Source: Camelus ferus (lineage: Eukaryota). From it: 64,000 nt of DNA. The notes under the pieces were generated by a model. The model saw only the letters and a program-made list of their open reading frames with translations, made no database searches and was not told where the DNA came from. The DNA lies in assembly GCF_009834535.1 (NCBI RefSeq), contig NC_045697.1, positions 13,270,001-13,334,000 of the forward strand, given 5' to 3'. Each line of letters starts with the position of its first letter. The first letter of the stretch is position 1. Positions 26,045 to 39,300 of the stretch are shown piece by piece. Position numbers and translations under genes: made by a program.

Positions 26045-26195
26045 ACCAGTATTTCATTTACTGTAAATATGGGAAACAGACTGTCCTAAGAACACGCTAG
26101 ACACTTCATGCTTCCTCACAGCAGCCCTAGGAGTTAGGCACGGTTATGAGCCTCACTCTGCAGATGAGGAAGTAGAGATAGACAGTGGTTGTGCT
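26045..26195 (-). mobile_element. MIR SINE
   Basis: 'tcctcacagcagccctaggagttaggcac...cactctgcagatgaggaagtagag'. Confidence 0.75.
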
Positions 26196-28934
26196 ACCAA
26201 AAGCCTCATTAAACTTCAAAAAAATTTATCAAAACACATGTTTCAAGTAAACATTACATTTCTGCTTTATAACTCTGCTAATAGTGTTAATAGTATTTTT
26301 CATACAGATTTTCAAAACATAAAGCTCCTTGATATTATGGTCTGAAGGATTAACCAAAACTGTACAAATAACCTCCTACAGTTTTAGTACATTATTGAAT
26401 TACCAAAAAAAAAAATTTTTAATCCAGAATTTATTTTTAAGTATGGTATGATATAGAAACTTAATTTTACTCTAATAAAAGTTTATAGATCCCATAAAGC
26501 TAAGTGCGTATTTCTCCTGCTAGCAGTATCATTTGTCACTTTATATCATGTTTTTGTAACTTAGGCAAATCTCTTTTTTGTACCTTGTTTCTTAACTGCT
26601 TTCTGAATTTTTCTACTATATTTGTAGGCCCAAATGAGCTTAAAATCAATTTATCAAAACTCATTAAAAATAATGAAATATTTTTCAATTTTGTTAAATA
26701 TATAAATTATTTTGAGGTGATATATCATTTTTATTATATTGTCTTCTTGTTCAAGAACATTATCTCTCCATTTATTTGCCTAATATTTATGTTGATTAAG
26801 GTAGTATAATTTCATATTGTTCACATTTTGTGAAGTTAGTTCTTAGTATTTTTATTTGCCCTTTCTATTACACATCTGATATCTGATTTTTTATTAAATA
26901 TAAAACTGTTATCAACTTATAACAAAGAAAATATATTTTTGAGAAATTTCTGAACACTACTATTATTTATTACTCCTGGTGAAAAATTACTAACATTGCA
27001 TAAAACTGTGGTTTAAATTCCTGTATTCAAATGCATTACACTGTTTTTTTTTTTCTCTTTAATTGCAATGTAAAGCAATTCAACCAATTTTAAATAATGT
27101 TGATTATGGTCTTCCTTTTATTCTTTTATTTTACTGATTAATACATTTCTAGTTTTTGTTGCCATTAGGTAACGTTTTGGTCCTTGATTTAAGACATTTT
27201 TATTCTTTAATAATGTAAAGGAAATATTTGTATATTCTTATTATAATATAAATAGATTTTATTGGAAAAAATCACTGAATTTTATGAGAAGCTTTTGAAT
27301 TTATCAAAACAATTATATATTAGTTTTATTTTCATTACCTGTGGAACATGAAGTATGATTTTGATAAATGAATTGCAAGTTTAATTCAAGATAGTTTTCT
27401 TCCATGATGTCACTGATTATCATTTAATTTCCCTTTAATTTGTTGCACTATGGACTGATGTTTCCCTCCATCTGAGCATAGATAAAGATCTCTAACTGAC
27501 TGGACACATTTGTGGAGGTCTAGATGCACTAGACAGGCTGAATGCAAGGGCCACATTGCTAGCAAGGAGCATTCCCATTTCTCAATGGGTGGGAGATAAT
27601 AATGAATTGTGATGAGAGGAGGAGGGGAATAAATGTACAGTGGGGAAAAATAATCTCTTCTAAGTCACTATTAGTGCCAATATTGTAGATATTATATGCC
27701 AAATAGATGTTTGTTCTTTCAGACCATATTAATTCCTTCGAGACTTAGAACGAAATGACTACAACATTGTTTCGAATGGCTCAACTGAGGTCCATAAATC
27801 CAGCAGCCTCTTGGAGACATTTCTCAGTTCTCTCAGTTCATCAAGATTAGAAGATCTCACAGTTTATCTAGTCATCTTTGTGTCATGTGCCTTCAAAATA
27901 AATAGAGGCCTCTCCACCCATCTGGAACGTATCAATCCACAAACAATTATAAATACATGTGGTATAGAAACACTTTATTAAGAATTCTGGAAGGTGCAGT
28001 CAAATGTGTGGGTTATAATTTTACTCTGTGTAGCTTTACCCTAGCCCTCACTTCCTAAAGCCATTGGAATACCGAGCCCTCTTCACTCTCACGGCCCTCA
28101 AGCCTCACTATTCCGTTCCTTGTAATTTTCTTAGTCTCGTGTGTCTGGTGCTCTTTCTTCTGCTGTTGAATGGCTTTAAAATGCAGTTCTTGTTCTTTAC
28201 GCCGTTCACTGCTGCCACTAACTGGCTCACTCTTTCTACCACGATTTCCATTTCTTGCCTGGAATGAAGATTTCTCTCTCCACCAATGTCTAACCTTCTG
28301 TTCATTTCCCAAAGGATATACAAGATCTTTCTGTGCTTTATAGGCTCTTCTCTCAAGAAGTTTGAGATGTTTTCCTTCGACAGTCTCAGAGAACCATAAA
28401 TGACAGCTTACAATCAAAAGTCTTCCATTTTTAAAACAGTAAATTGGTTTTCCAGGAACAACTCAGCAACCCTGTCATTACCAGACATATGAAAGTACTT
28501 TATAAATATCTGCCTTACCCATGGCATCTGTTACCTCTTAATATCAGCTATAAGCCTTGGAACCTTTCCTTTGTTTTAAGATCTTAATTTCTACGTCTCA
28601 GTCCCTAATCATGAGTCCCAGTGTCCTTTGACTATGTTTTGCAATAGACCCAGGTCTACATGCATGTAGAACACATGTTGGTCCATCAGAATATCTTTGT
28701 ATTCCCAAAGTAAGCTTATCAATTAAATTCCATCTTCATTACCACTATTTTACTTTGCGTTTATCTTGGTATATCTTTAGGGTCATCCCTACCTTCTAAC
28801 CTTCTAAAAATATTCTAAAGGTCCTGTGGATCCATCAATTGACTAACAAAGTTAGTATGAGATGTAGCTTTGTCAGAGCCATGGTTAGTTTAATGATGAT
28901 ATGGCTTTACTGTTGGAAAAACATAGAGTTTAGA

Positions 28935-29105
28935 GAGTAGTTTCATAGAAATGATCTCATTTGATCTTTACAAGAGCACAGAAAAATGTGCTTCATTTTA
29001 CAAGGGAAAATTAAAGTAAGACTCAAAGAAACTGAATGGATTGCCTATAGTTATATTGCCAGTGAGTGAAACAACTGGGCTTTTTCCTCAGACTTTCTGA
29101 TGTTC
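28935..29105 (-). mobile_element. MIR SINE
   Basis: 'atctcatttgatctttacaag...cattttacaagggaaa...ttgcctatagttata'. Confidence 0.6.
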
Positions 29106-29199
29106 TTTGCTAAATAATTCAATTCCCAAGGTGGATTTTTGGGCACCAGGAATTGTCTTAACCTTGTTCACACATGTCTTATTTGAATCTAAAGTTTTT

Positions 29200-30030
29200 T
29201 AACCAACTCATTCTTGTTCCAAGCTAATTCCTTCTCTTATATTGTCAGTATTCTCCTAGAAATCAGGGAGATTTAATTTAGCCCATTACTACTCCCCTTT
29301 TCCCATCACAGATACCCATTTGTTATGTCCTAATGATTCTAAACCTAAGTATTTCTTGAATTTAACCTCCTAACAACATCCCTACTTTCACTACCCTAGT
29401 TCAGAACTCAACTTTTCATGGAAATCACTGCACTGTCTTCCCAACTCATCATCTTCTCTCCAGAGATTTCCTGTCATTTACAGATCACAGTCAAACCTTG
29501 TTCAAATAAATACAAGATAATCTATGAACTGACGTCTTTCAACCTCACCAATCTAATCATGTGGCATTCCCTCCCTCATCGTCTATGCTTTTAGAAACCC
29601 TGAATTGCCTCCATTTTCCTCAGTTTACCAAGCTTCTCTCATCTGTGTCCTTTCTGTAGACTGCTGTTTCTGTTAGACAAGTGTCTTTTCTTCATTTTTT
29701 TCACATCTCACTCCATTTTGTTGGTGCATCTCCTTTCTTATGCAACCTTCATGAACACCTCCTACATCTCTAGTTATTGTGTAAGGGACTCTTTGGTGTG
29801 GCTACAATGTCACAAAACCCTGTGCATATGGCTATTACTGTACTTAGAGCATTACTTGATAAGACTTTCATTATCTTTTAATTGGCTCACAGTATGTATT
29901 TATCTCTTTATCTGATAATTACATATTCATATCAGGTAACTTGTCTGTTTCTATGTTCTTGCCTCTAATTAAACTGCAGGCTTTTAAAGGGGATTATTTT
30001 CATTCACTCCTCACTTCTTCTAGCAGACTA
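29200..30030 (+). mobile_element. L2 fragment (old)
   Basis: 'catccctactttcactaccctagttcagaactc...actgcactgtcttcccaact', ending near 'aaactgcaggcttttaaaggggattattttcattcac'. Confidence 0.55.
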
Positions 30031-30961
30031 AAGGAACTCCTTTGTGGAGATGATGTAAAACTATGTATTTATTTATTATTTATCTATCTCATTATATAAT
30101 TTGTAAACAGGAACTATGATCATTAGTATATATATGCATATATCCATAAAGGTGCACACACAGAGATTATCATCTATGTACCAATACACATATATGATGC
30201 AGACATACACAACACACATACAAAAATATGTACGTGTACATGCCATATATTTGTCTTCTCTCTCTCTGAGAGAATATATTTTTCCTTGAATTTTTATGTG
30301 TGGAATATAAAGATTGGTGGAAGTAGCTATACAAAACTCAACATCTGATTCCAAAATGTAACTCCTCCTCTGGGGATATGCTTGTGGGGAGCCCGTGGAG
30401 ATTTGGGAGCTGAGTATGAATTAGGACAGGAGGATTTGGAGCAAGCTGCAGGTGTATCTCTGCTCTTCTCTGTTTAGGATTATGGCTAGGGTTCTTTTCA
30501 GATCCAGCTGTCTACAAGGTGACATGCTTTCTGTCATCTTCCCCACATTGTTTTATAATCTACTAATGTAGGTAAACTTAAGGAGCCTAGAAAGGCCAAA
30601 CTGTAGAAAAACAATCATGAAGTCGGGGTCTTAGTGAGGTGAATGTACAGAAGCAAAGTGCAATTTCATTCTGATATTGCAAATAATTGTCACATGCTAA
30701 ACCCAAATGTATTCATTAAAGAGTTTTTAGGATATAAATGAAATAAGTAATGATGTTTTAAGCACTTAATATATACAGATATTTGTAGATTGTTAAATGA
30801 GGGGATATAGTATCTAATCACTTGGAAAGTTTGTTGGACTTTTAGATAAGCTATGAACACGCTATCCTTTTTCTCATTTAAAATGAAGGCATTCAGGTTT
30901 CCATGGTCTGAAATTTTGCCAATACTTTAGGGAAAAAAATTATATTTGTATATTTAGAAGA

Positions 30962-31092
30962 ATACACACACACACACATATATAGTTACACATATCATAT
31001 ATATGTTATATATATCATACATATTTACATATGTATCTGTATATATACATGTGTTTATATGTGTGTATATATAATATCTAATATTTATATAT
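30962..31092. repeat. (CA)/(TA)-rich low-complexity tract
   Basis: Directly visible. Confidence 0.85.
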
Positions 31093-31898
31093 CATAAGGA
31101 CCAGAGCCTTAGTGCAGTCCTATTCTTTAATACTATTTTCCTAATTATAGGATATGAATGATTTCACAGAAATTTCACTCCCTACTTATTAAATAAGCCT
31201 ACATTAGAATATTATTCTATTGTAATTTTATTAGACTATATGTTCTAATGATAGAATATATATGCTGATCATATTCTTATATCTGTATGTCAATTTAATC
31301 ATTTTCTTAGTCTCTTGTAATAACAGCCTCCATCCTATGATCAAAATACCTCCTTTCTAATTATATGTAATGTATTGAATGCACTGCCTTTCTAAGTTTA
31401 TTTAAGTCTGTGGAGAGGGATATTACGTTTAGGAGAAAGAAAGACTCGGCACTTCCCATTGCCTTGTGCTTATGTGTGGCTGGGACCTGCACGGCCTTCC
31501 AGCTCTCTGTAAGACCGGAATAACAGCTAGCAAGTGCCACTTCCCCCAAGTCAAGGTTCTCACTAAATCCGAATGCCAAGCACCCCATCTTCTAATTAAT
31601 GGCATCCGCAAATTCCCAGTCTAGAATTTCCTTTGATTTAGTTCATCTTCGAGCTTAAACTGTTCTTTAGGGAAGTAAGTATCCTCATTTCATCAATCCT
31701 AATAAAGCTCAATTTATTCAAATCCCTTGCAAGAACTTGAGTGTCTCACATTTAAAACATAGTGATTATTCCTAATCCTTGTTAAGCAAATTACTCTAAC
31801 TACCATATTGCTGACTTCTACAGGAGTGTAGTCAGAGTTGAGGGAATTCTTTTTCTCTAGCTTGAAAGTATTATAGTATAATGAACACGGCTCTAGAT

Positions 31899-32093
31899 CA
31901 GTGGTTCTCATACTCAACATCTAAGCAAAAGCATCAGAATCACCTGGAGAGCTTATTAAAACACAGGCTCCTGAGCCTCACCCTTAGACGATCAGATTCA
32001 GTAGGTCCAGGCTGGGGCCCAAAATGTGCATGTCTAACAAGTTCCTAGGTGAGGCTGAGCTGCTTTTCCCAGACTGCACTTTGAGAACAACTG
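31899..32093. mobile_element. hAT-Charlie MITE MER5A, complete
   Basis: TIRs cagtggttctca / tgagaacaactg; exact 8-bp TSD ctctagat at 31891-31898 and 32094-32101; body 'gcatcagaatcacctggagagcttattaaaacacag'. Confidence 0.95.
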
Positions 32094-32315
32094 CTCTAGA
32101 TTAAAAATCTGACACTCTTGCTTCTTATTCTTTGCTGTTCTCATGAATATTTAACTTTAAGTTTGCCTCTTACCTTCCCTAAGCTTCAGGTTTCTCATCA
32201 GCCCTTGTAACACAATCTAATGCTCATTAGGACGACATACGGGCTAAGGAGCTGAGGTAAGAAGAAGCGAGCACACGAATGGATGATGGTCAGACCATAT
32301 ATAACAGCAGAACCA

Positions 32316-32793
32316 TGCAAAGGACTGCATGTTTGTGTCCCTCTTAAATTAATATATTGAAATCCTAATGGAAGAGGGTGTAGCTCAAGTGGTAGACTGC
32401 ATGTGTAGCATGCACAAGGTCCTGGGTTCAATCCCCAGTACCTCCTCTAAAAATAAATAAGTAAGCCTAACTATCTCCCCCTCAAAAAAATTAAAAATAT
32501 ATTGAAATGCTTTCCCCTGATGGGATGATATTAGGGGACGGGGACTTTTGGAAGTCATTAAGTCAGGAGGGTGGGCTTCTGTAAAAGAAACTCAGAGGGC
32601 TCTCCCTCCCCTTCCTCCATGTGAGGACACAGGAACAAGACGACTGTGTGTGAGGAAGCAGGACCTCGCCACACACTGAGGCTGCCAGCTCCCTGACCTT
32701 GTACTTCCCAGCCTCCAGGCCTGTGAGAAACAAACATTGTTTATGCTACCCAGTCTCTGGTACTTTTGTTATAACACCTGAACATATAATGAC
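32316..32793 (+). mobile_element. MaLR solo LTR (MLT1A-like) containing a SINE
   Basis: TG...CA ends; 'ggactgcatgtttgtgtccc', 'ccatgtgaggacacag', 'acttcccagcctccaggcctgtgagaaac'. Confidence 0.85.
32370..32495 (+). mobile_element. tRNA-derived SINE (camelid vic-1 type)
   Basis: TAGCTCAAGTGG A box, GGTTCAATCCC B box; TSD aatatattgaaatcct (32351-32366) / aatatattgaaatgct (32496-32511). Confidence 0.92.
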
Positions 32794-33239
32794 AAGCTGA
32801 CCCAAAACCTCCCAGCAATCCACCCAGGGAGTCAGACCACAACCTCGGCACCAGCTGGCCCAGAACATCAAGACTAGGGCAACAGCTCCAGGCTTTCCTA
32901 TGTTTTGCCCCTGCCTCTAACCCCAGGATCAACGAGAGAAAGATGACCTCCAAAGCAATCACAGAAGATGCTTCCTTTCTCGTTCATCCAACTCAGCTGC
33001 CTCATGCCAAAAATCTCCAAATGAGACATAGCTGAAACCTTCCCCTTTTTTCACCATAAAGCTTTCCTGCTCTTCTGACTGCCTTTGAGTCCCTGCCAAA
33101 CGCAATTGACGGTGGCTGACTCGCCTGCCGTAGTAAGCTCTGGATTAATAGCCTCTTTTTCTCCACTTCTGGGTGGTCTTCATTTATTCCCACAGCTAAT
33201 GCTGAACGAGTTATACCTCAATAAAGCAAATTAAACTTA

Positions 33240-33835
33240 AAAAAGTAAAAATGGACCTACCATACGACAAATCGATTCTGCTCCTAGGTATTCCCCCCAG
33301 GGAAGTGAAAGCATATATCCAAGTGAAAATATAAGAATACTTACACAATATTTATTTGTTCTTGTCAAAAACCAGAACCACCCATAATGTCCTTCAACAA
33401 GCGAATGGATAAACAAATCGTGTGATATCCATGAAGGGAAATAATACTCGTAATAAAAAAGAACAGTCCACTGAAACTTATAACACGATGGAGTAATTAT
33501 ATTGAGTGAAAAAAGTCAGAGGGAAGAAAAGAAGTACAGGCTATATGATTCCAGTTATATGAAAATTTCAGAAAATGCAAAGTAACCTGTAGTGACAGAA
33601 AGCATATCAGTTATTATATGAGAAGGGGATATGCTGGAGGCAGGGAGGGGCAGGAGAGAGGGGTTACACCAGGTGCCTAAGAAATGTTTAGGGAGTGATT
33701 GATTTCTTTGCCATCTTGATTGTGGTGATGATGTTTTCGTCTGTGTATACATATGTTAAAAAGTATCAAATTTTACATTCTAAACATATGCAGTTTATTG
33801 TCTATAAATTATACCTCAATAAACTACTAAAACAA
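33240..33835 (+). mobile_element. L1MC/MD-type ORF2 end and 3' UTR
   Basis: 'ctaccatacgac...ctcctaggtatt', 'aatgtccttcaacaagcgaatggataaacaaa', ends 'aaattatacctcaataaa'. Confidence 0.8.
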
Positions 33836-34056
33836 AACAAACAATTAAAAAACTAAAAAATAAATATACTGGGGTGTATAGAGACTCTTTCAAATTATTT
33901 GTTTGATGTTGGTTTGGAACACTAGAACCTTATGCTCTCAAATCTATTAAAAAAATTTCTTGCTACAGTTGTTTAATTTCATTCCATAGAGTAATTTTTG
34001 ATAGTGCAGTCTTCTGTGTTATGGTGGGGGTATTTGCAGGAAACAGACTCCATGTG

Positions 34057-34102
34057 ATAGACAGATAGATAGACAGACAGATAGATAGACAGACAGACAG
34101 AT
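34057..34102. repeat. (GATA/GACA)n tetranucleotide microsatellite
   Basis: Directly visible. Confidence 0.95.
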
Positions 34103-35139
34103 ATAATGCACAAATATTTCAGGAGCGTGGATATCAAATAGTAAGAGAGAAATCAGCTTTTTTTGAACTCACTATGGAAAAATGCACACTGAAGACTAGT
34201 ACCACCTAGGAATTCATAGTCTTTAATAGGATAAAAATAATTCCTCTGCTTAGTTACAGATATAAAAATATCCATCTACCATAAAGCTCCATACAGCATT
34301 TCTCTCTCTAAAGTAATATCTGCCATTAAAGCACACACAAGGCCATGTAAATGCCAGTGTGTGCCCTTAACGAAGCAGCGTGAGTCTCACCATAGAAGCC
34401 AATGAACACCGCACAGTATTCAAGATTTTCCCCAAGGTTGTTATTAAAAGTTATATCCTGCAGCTTAGGCACTGTAAAGATAGCAAATAAAGAAAGGAAG
34501 CAAAATGTCTCTTTGGTTCTTCATTCCTCCCTCCCTACTATGATACTAGGAGGCCAATGAAAAGTGTTTTAATTAAAAGTCAGATTGTGTGAATAATCAA
34601 ATGTGCATTTTCTCTGCCTTCTGCACTGGAGGCACGACACATGCTTATCTCAGTTAGAGCCAAGGGTTTCACACTTCCCCTTTGTCAATATGACAAAGAA
34701 TGCAAACTGAAACCTAGGGATCTTTCATGAAACAAGAAGGTGCAAACCAGTGTGTAGGGGAGGAAACAGAAAGGTGGAAGCTGTAAAACCCTTATTCTTA
34801 AGTCAAGGCTCTTTTGTTACAGATATGGAAATAGAGGTCCTGAGAAAGGAGGCGACTCCTAAGAGCACAGAATACATTAGAGGAAAGTTAGAAATGAAAT
34901 TTATGTTACCTCTTGAAAGGCACCTAACTCAGTTAAGCTAGAAGAGGTCTTCTGATAAATGGCCTCCAATATTCTCTATTCGGATAAATTAAAGGGGGGA
35001 AAAAAAAGCCTGAGAATCAGATCTCAGCCAGCAGTTACACCTTGGCTTATTCAAACAGATGCCCTTCGTTACACATTCAGCAGGTTTGCTCAGGTTAGGA
35101 GCAAGGTACTTTCAACTCCCTTCAACAATTGGCGATCCC

Positions 35140-35351
35140 TGAGAATTGCAACCTTGGCATTATTGACATTTGGGACCTGATGATTATTTGATTTGGGGGC
35201 TGTCCTGTGCATTGTAGAAGGCAGCATCGCAGCCTCTACCCACTACATGCCAGTAGCCCCGCATTTCATTTGAGAGAACCAAAAATGTCTGCAGACAATT
35301 GCCCATATAGCCCCTGAGGAAGTAAAACAGCCCCAAGTTGAAAAATTAATG
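35140..35351. mobile_element. hAT-Charlie MITE MER20
   Basis: 'caaccttggcattattgacatttggg...gggggctgtcctgtgcattgtag...cctctacccactacatgccagtagc...aaccaaaaatgtctgcagaca'. Confidence 0.85.
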
Positions 35352-35669
35352 AGCTGAATCATCCCTAAGTATTTATTTCTGATATTGCCCATTGGTTTAA
35401 GCTTAGAAATATCTTTACTCACTCTGAGATCTTACATTTTTTTCTAATCAATTTTTCAATGACTTGAAACTTCTTTTACATTTGACAGTAAATTTTATCC
35501 AAATATAATTTTCTAATTACAGAATCTCAATTTTAGTATAACCATAAAATGTTTATTTCTTCATATCATTGCCTTCAACTACATCATGTTGATCACTCCT
35601 TTCCTGAAAGAAGGATGGGTTGTTAATGAAAGCTTAAGCCTATTCCCTAGCTTTTTGATCATTTTTGGT

Positions 35670-37490
35670 ACAAGCATATTTGGTACAAGTAAGAAACTTA
35701 CAATGACACATTGTATAACCCAAAAGTCCACAGAATGCATTAGGGTCCACTGTTGGTGTTGTATAGTCTACGGACTTGGACAAACATATAAGAACATGTT
35801 TTCATCATTATAGTCTCACACAAAGTATTTTCATTGCCTTGAAATTCCACTATGCCCCACCTAGTCACCCCTCCCTTCTCCCAGCCCTTTGCAATCACTG
35901 ATCATTTTACTGTCTCTATAGCTTTGTTTCTTCCAGAATGTCACGTAGTTGGAATCATACCATATTAATGTATGCAGCCTTGTCAGGTTGGCTTCTTTCG
36001 CTTAATAATATGAACTTAATTTTACTTCATGCCTTTTCATGGCTTGTAGCTCAGTTCCTTTTAGTGCTGAGAAGTATTCCATTGTCTGGATGGTCCACAG
36101 ATTATTTAATCATTCACCTGTGAGGGACATCTTGGTTGCTTCCAAGTGTTGGCAATTATGAATAAAGCTGCTAAAAACAATCATGTGGAGGTTTTCGTGT
36201 GGATGTGTTCTCAATTCATTAGGGTAGATAGCAAAGGATGTAATTGCTGGATTGTATGGTAAAAGTGTGTTTTGTAAGAAACAGTCAAACTGTCATCCAA
36301 ACTGGCTGTGACATTTTGCATTTCCACCAGCAATGAAAGAGAGTTCTTTGTTCTTTCTGCTCCATCCTCACCAGCCTTTGGTGTCAGTGTTCTGGGTTTT
36401 GGTCATTCTAATGTGTGTGATATCTCATTGTTTTAGTTTGCAATTCTCTAATGAAGTATGATGTAAAACACCTTTTCATATGCATATATGCCATCTGTTT
36501 ATCTTCTTTGCTGAGGTGTCTGTTAAGTTCACTGGCCCAATTTTTAATTAGTTTGTTTATTCTCTTATTGTTGAGTTTTAAGGGTTCTTTGTATGTTTTG
36601 GATAACAATCCTTTATCAGATGTGCCTTTTGAAAGTATTTTCTTCTAATCTGTGGCTTGTCTTCTCATTCTGATAACAGAACAAAGGTTTTTGACTTTAA
36701 TTAAGTCCAGCTTACTACTTTTTTCTTTCATAGATTATGCCTTTGATGTGGTCACTAAAAAGTTATTGCCATACCCAAGGTCATCTAGGTTTCCTCCTAT
36801 TTTATCTTCTAAGAGTTTTATAGTTTTGCATTTTACATTTTGGTGTGTGACCCATTTTTAGTCAATTTTTGTGAAGGGTGTCTAAGTTCTGTGTCTTGGT
36901 TCGTTTTCTTTGTGCAGGATGTTCCAGCACTGTTTGTTGAGAACATTAGCTTTTCTACGTTGTATTACTTTTGCTCCTTTTCAAAAATCAGTTGGTTATA
37001 GCTGTGTGGCTCTATTTCCGGGAACTCTATTCTGTCCCATTGATCTATTTGTCTTTTCTTTCACCAGTGCCACACTGTCTTGATTACTTCAGCTTAATAG
37101 CAAATCTTGAAGTTGGGTAGTGTCGGTCCTCCAACTTTGTTCTTCCTCAACATAGTATTGGCCATTCTAAGTCTTTTTCTTCTCTGTAAAAACTTTAGAA
37201 TCAGTTTACTAATATCCAAAAAATGATTTCAGTTGGGATGATGTTGAATCTACAGATGGAGCTGGGAGGAACTGACACCTTGACAATACCAAGTCTTCCT
37301 ACCCATAAATACTGACTCTTTCCCCATTTGTTGAGTTCTTTGATTTTGTCCAGCAGAACTATATAGCTTCCCTTGTATAGATCTTGTTCATGTTGTGTTG
37401 GATTTATACCCAAGTGTCTCATTTTGAAGAGTGTGAATGTAAATAGTATTGTGTTGTAAATTTCAAATTTCACTTTTTCATTGCTGGTTA
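35670..37490 (-). mobile_element. L1MC-type 3' UTR and ORF2 3' part
   Basis: ORF 36408..36608 ([10 protein letters not shown]...[20 protein letters not shown]) and ORF 37201..37473 (HLGINPT...WVGRLGIVK) are degenerate ORF2p. Confidence 0.9.
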
Positions 37491-37622
37491 ATTTTAGTTT
37501 TTAATACTGATTAATATTCTTCTAGCTTCCTCCCAGGTCAGATCCAAAGCTCTTCTTACTTCCCACCAGTTTAACAAGTTTATAACTCCAGTTTCAGAGG
37601 GAGTGCAGGGGGAGGACCATTA

Positions 37623-37627
<5 letters not shown>

Positions 37628-37660
<33 letters not shown>
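37628..37660. repeat. (CA)n microsatellite
   Basis: About 16 uninterrupted CA units. Confidence 0.95.
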
Positions 37661-37662
<2 letters not shown>

Positions 37663-38929
37663 CACTCCCAGAGAGAGAAAAAATGGCTCACTACTTAGGA
37701 AAAAAAAAAAAAAACTTTCACTCCTCTTTAGTTGTCATAATTCGTGCCTTGAAGAAATAAAGTATAAATACTTGTGTATGTCTCTTAATTTCAACAAGTA
37801 GTAACCAACTCCCCTAGACATTGTGTGTCCCTTGATGTTTAAGCCCTATTTGCTTTTGAACCATAGCTGGCAGTCTCACTCAATTAGTTCCCTGATTTTT
37901 GTATTTTTGGCCCCTGTTGCCTTTCCTGCAAGTCTAAGATTCTCATTTTCACCTACTCCCCATGACTCTCAAATGAGAGCTTGAGAGCATATGATTGATC
38001 TGTCTTCTAAGAATCCCAGAAATTCCAGGGAAGGCTGTCTCACCAAGCATCCTCCTCCCACCTCTTTCCTGATCCTCAGAAGCATTAGGCCATCTGCCAA
38101 GTCAATGAATTAGCAAATTTTAGGTAGGAGATAATTATGACACTTTTTTTGGCAACAGAGAGGCATTTTGTACATTACTAACATAAAAAGTGAGTTTCTC
38201 CCCATTTTCTCTCATTTTTGGTATGGCATTTTAATGCTCTGTATTAGGATTCAAAATATATACAAAGATAGGTTAAAAGTCATGGAATCCCTTAATCACT
38301 GAGGTCACCACGTTTCAAATGATATTATAATTTATCATCTTTATAATCTGCCTTTTCCAATACTTTGTGGGTTTCATAAGGATATTTGAACCTTCAGCAC
38401 CAAACACAACTCCTAGAATATAGTATGTCAATTTTTCTGAAGCCATTGAATTAACTTCAAAACACACAGTTGAGGTCATATTTGCTAGCCAACTCTCATC
38501 CGGATAGTAGAAGCAATCTTAATTTTGGTGGTGAGTTCTTTGTAGATTCATGATACTAATCATCTGTAATATAAATTAACCTGTTATAATACAGTTTGTG
38601 TTGACTTATGACAGAGTTATTCTATTTACATATAATGGAATTGATTAATTCTTTATTGTAATACTTTAATAATTAAAATTTTAGGCAATTAGAAGTAAAA
38701 CAAAAGTCTACCTTTAAAAATATTTAGACTCTTTACATCCAACCCTTTAATTAACAGGATTATGCTTTGCTACATACTTTGAAGTGAAGGCCCAGAATTG
38801 ATTTTACTCACTTGTAGAAAATGTAGGAAACCCACTTGTAATGGTTCTTTTTTTCTCATCTCTTTCAAGAGTCATTACTTGCAATTTATTAATTTCCATG
38901 AATAATCTTCTGTAACTATTATACTGGTT

Positions 38930-39045
38930 CAATTAAAATAACCCTATTCCATATCTTCAAATACAGTCACATTCTGAGGTCCTGGAGGGTTAATAATTTA
39001 ACAAATGAATTTTGAGGGCAGAGCACAATTCAGCCCATAATAACA
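38930..39045 (-). mobile_element. MLT1 LTR 5' fragment
   Basis: 'tatcttcaaatacagtcacattctgaggtcctgg...atgaattttgagggcagagcacaattcagcccataa'. Confidence 0.75.
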
Positions 39046-39084
39046 CATTTCAATATTATACAGTTTTATAGTGCTTTTAATATA

Positions 39085-39300
39085 TTTAACAAAATAGACT
39101 TTAGAGTTAGATAAAATTGGTTCAAAAAATGGCCCTTCAACTTTTCAGATGGGAGGCCATGTGGACAGGTTACTTAATGTCTCTAAGCCTCATTTTTTTT
39201 TCATTAAAAAATGAGAAAACAATTAAATTGTGTAATATATTCAAACTATTCAGGACAGTGCTTCACATAGGTGAATTCTCAGTCAAATGCAACCAGCTAT
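39085..39300 (+). mobile_element. MIR SINE
   Basis: 'agactttagagttagata...ggacaggttacttaatgtctctaagcctcattttt...caggacagtgcttcacatagg'. Confidence 0.75.

Larger units (their letters stand above)
32240..33194 (+). mobile_element. ERV1-type solo LTR (MER89/MER90-like), split by MLT1A at 32316-32793
   Basis: 'ggtcagaccatatataacagcagaacc' resumes as 'tgacccaaaacctcccagcaa'; 3' end 'gcctttgagtccctgccaaa...gggtggtcttcatttattcccaca'. Subfamily and 5' boundary uncertain. Confidence 0.6.
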
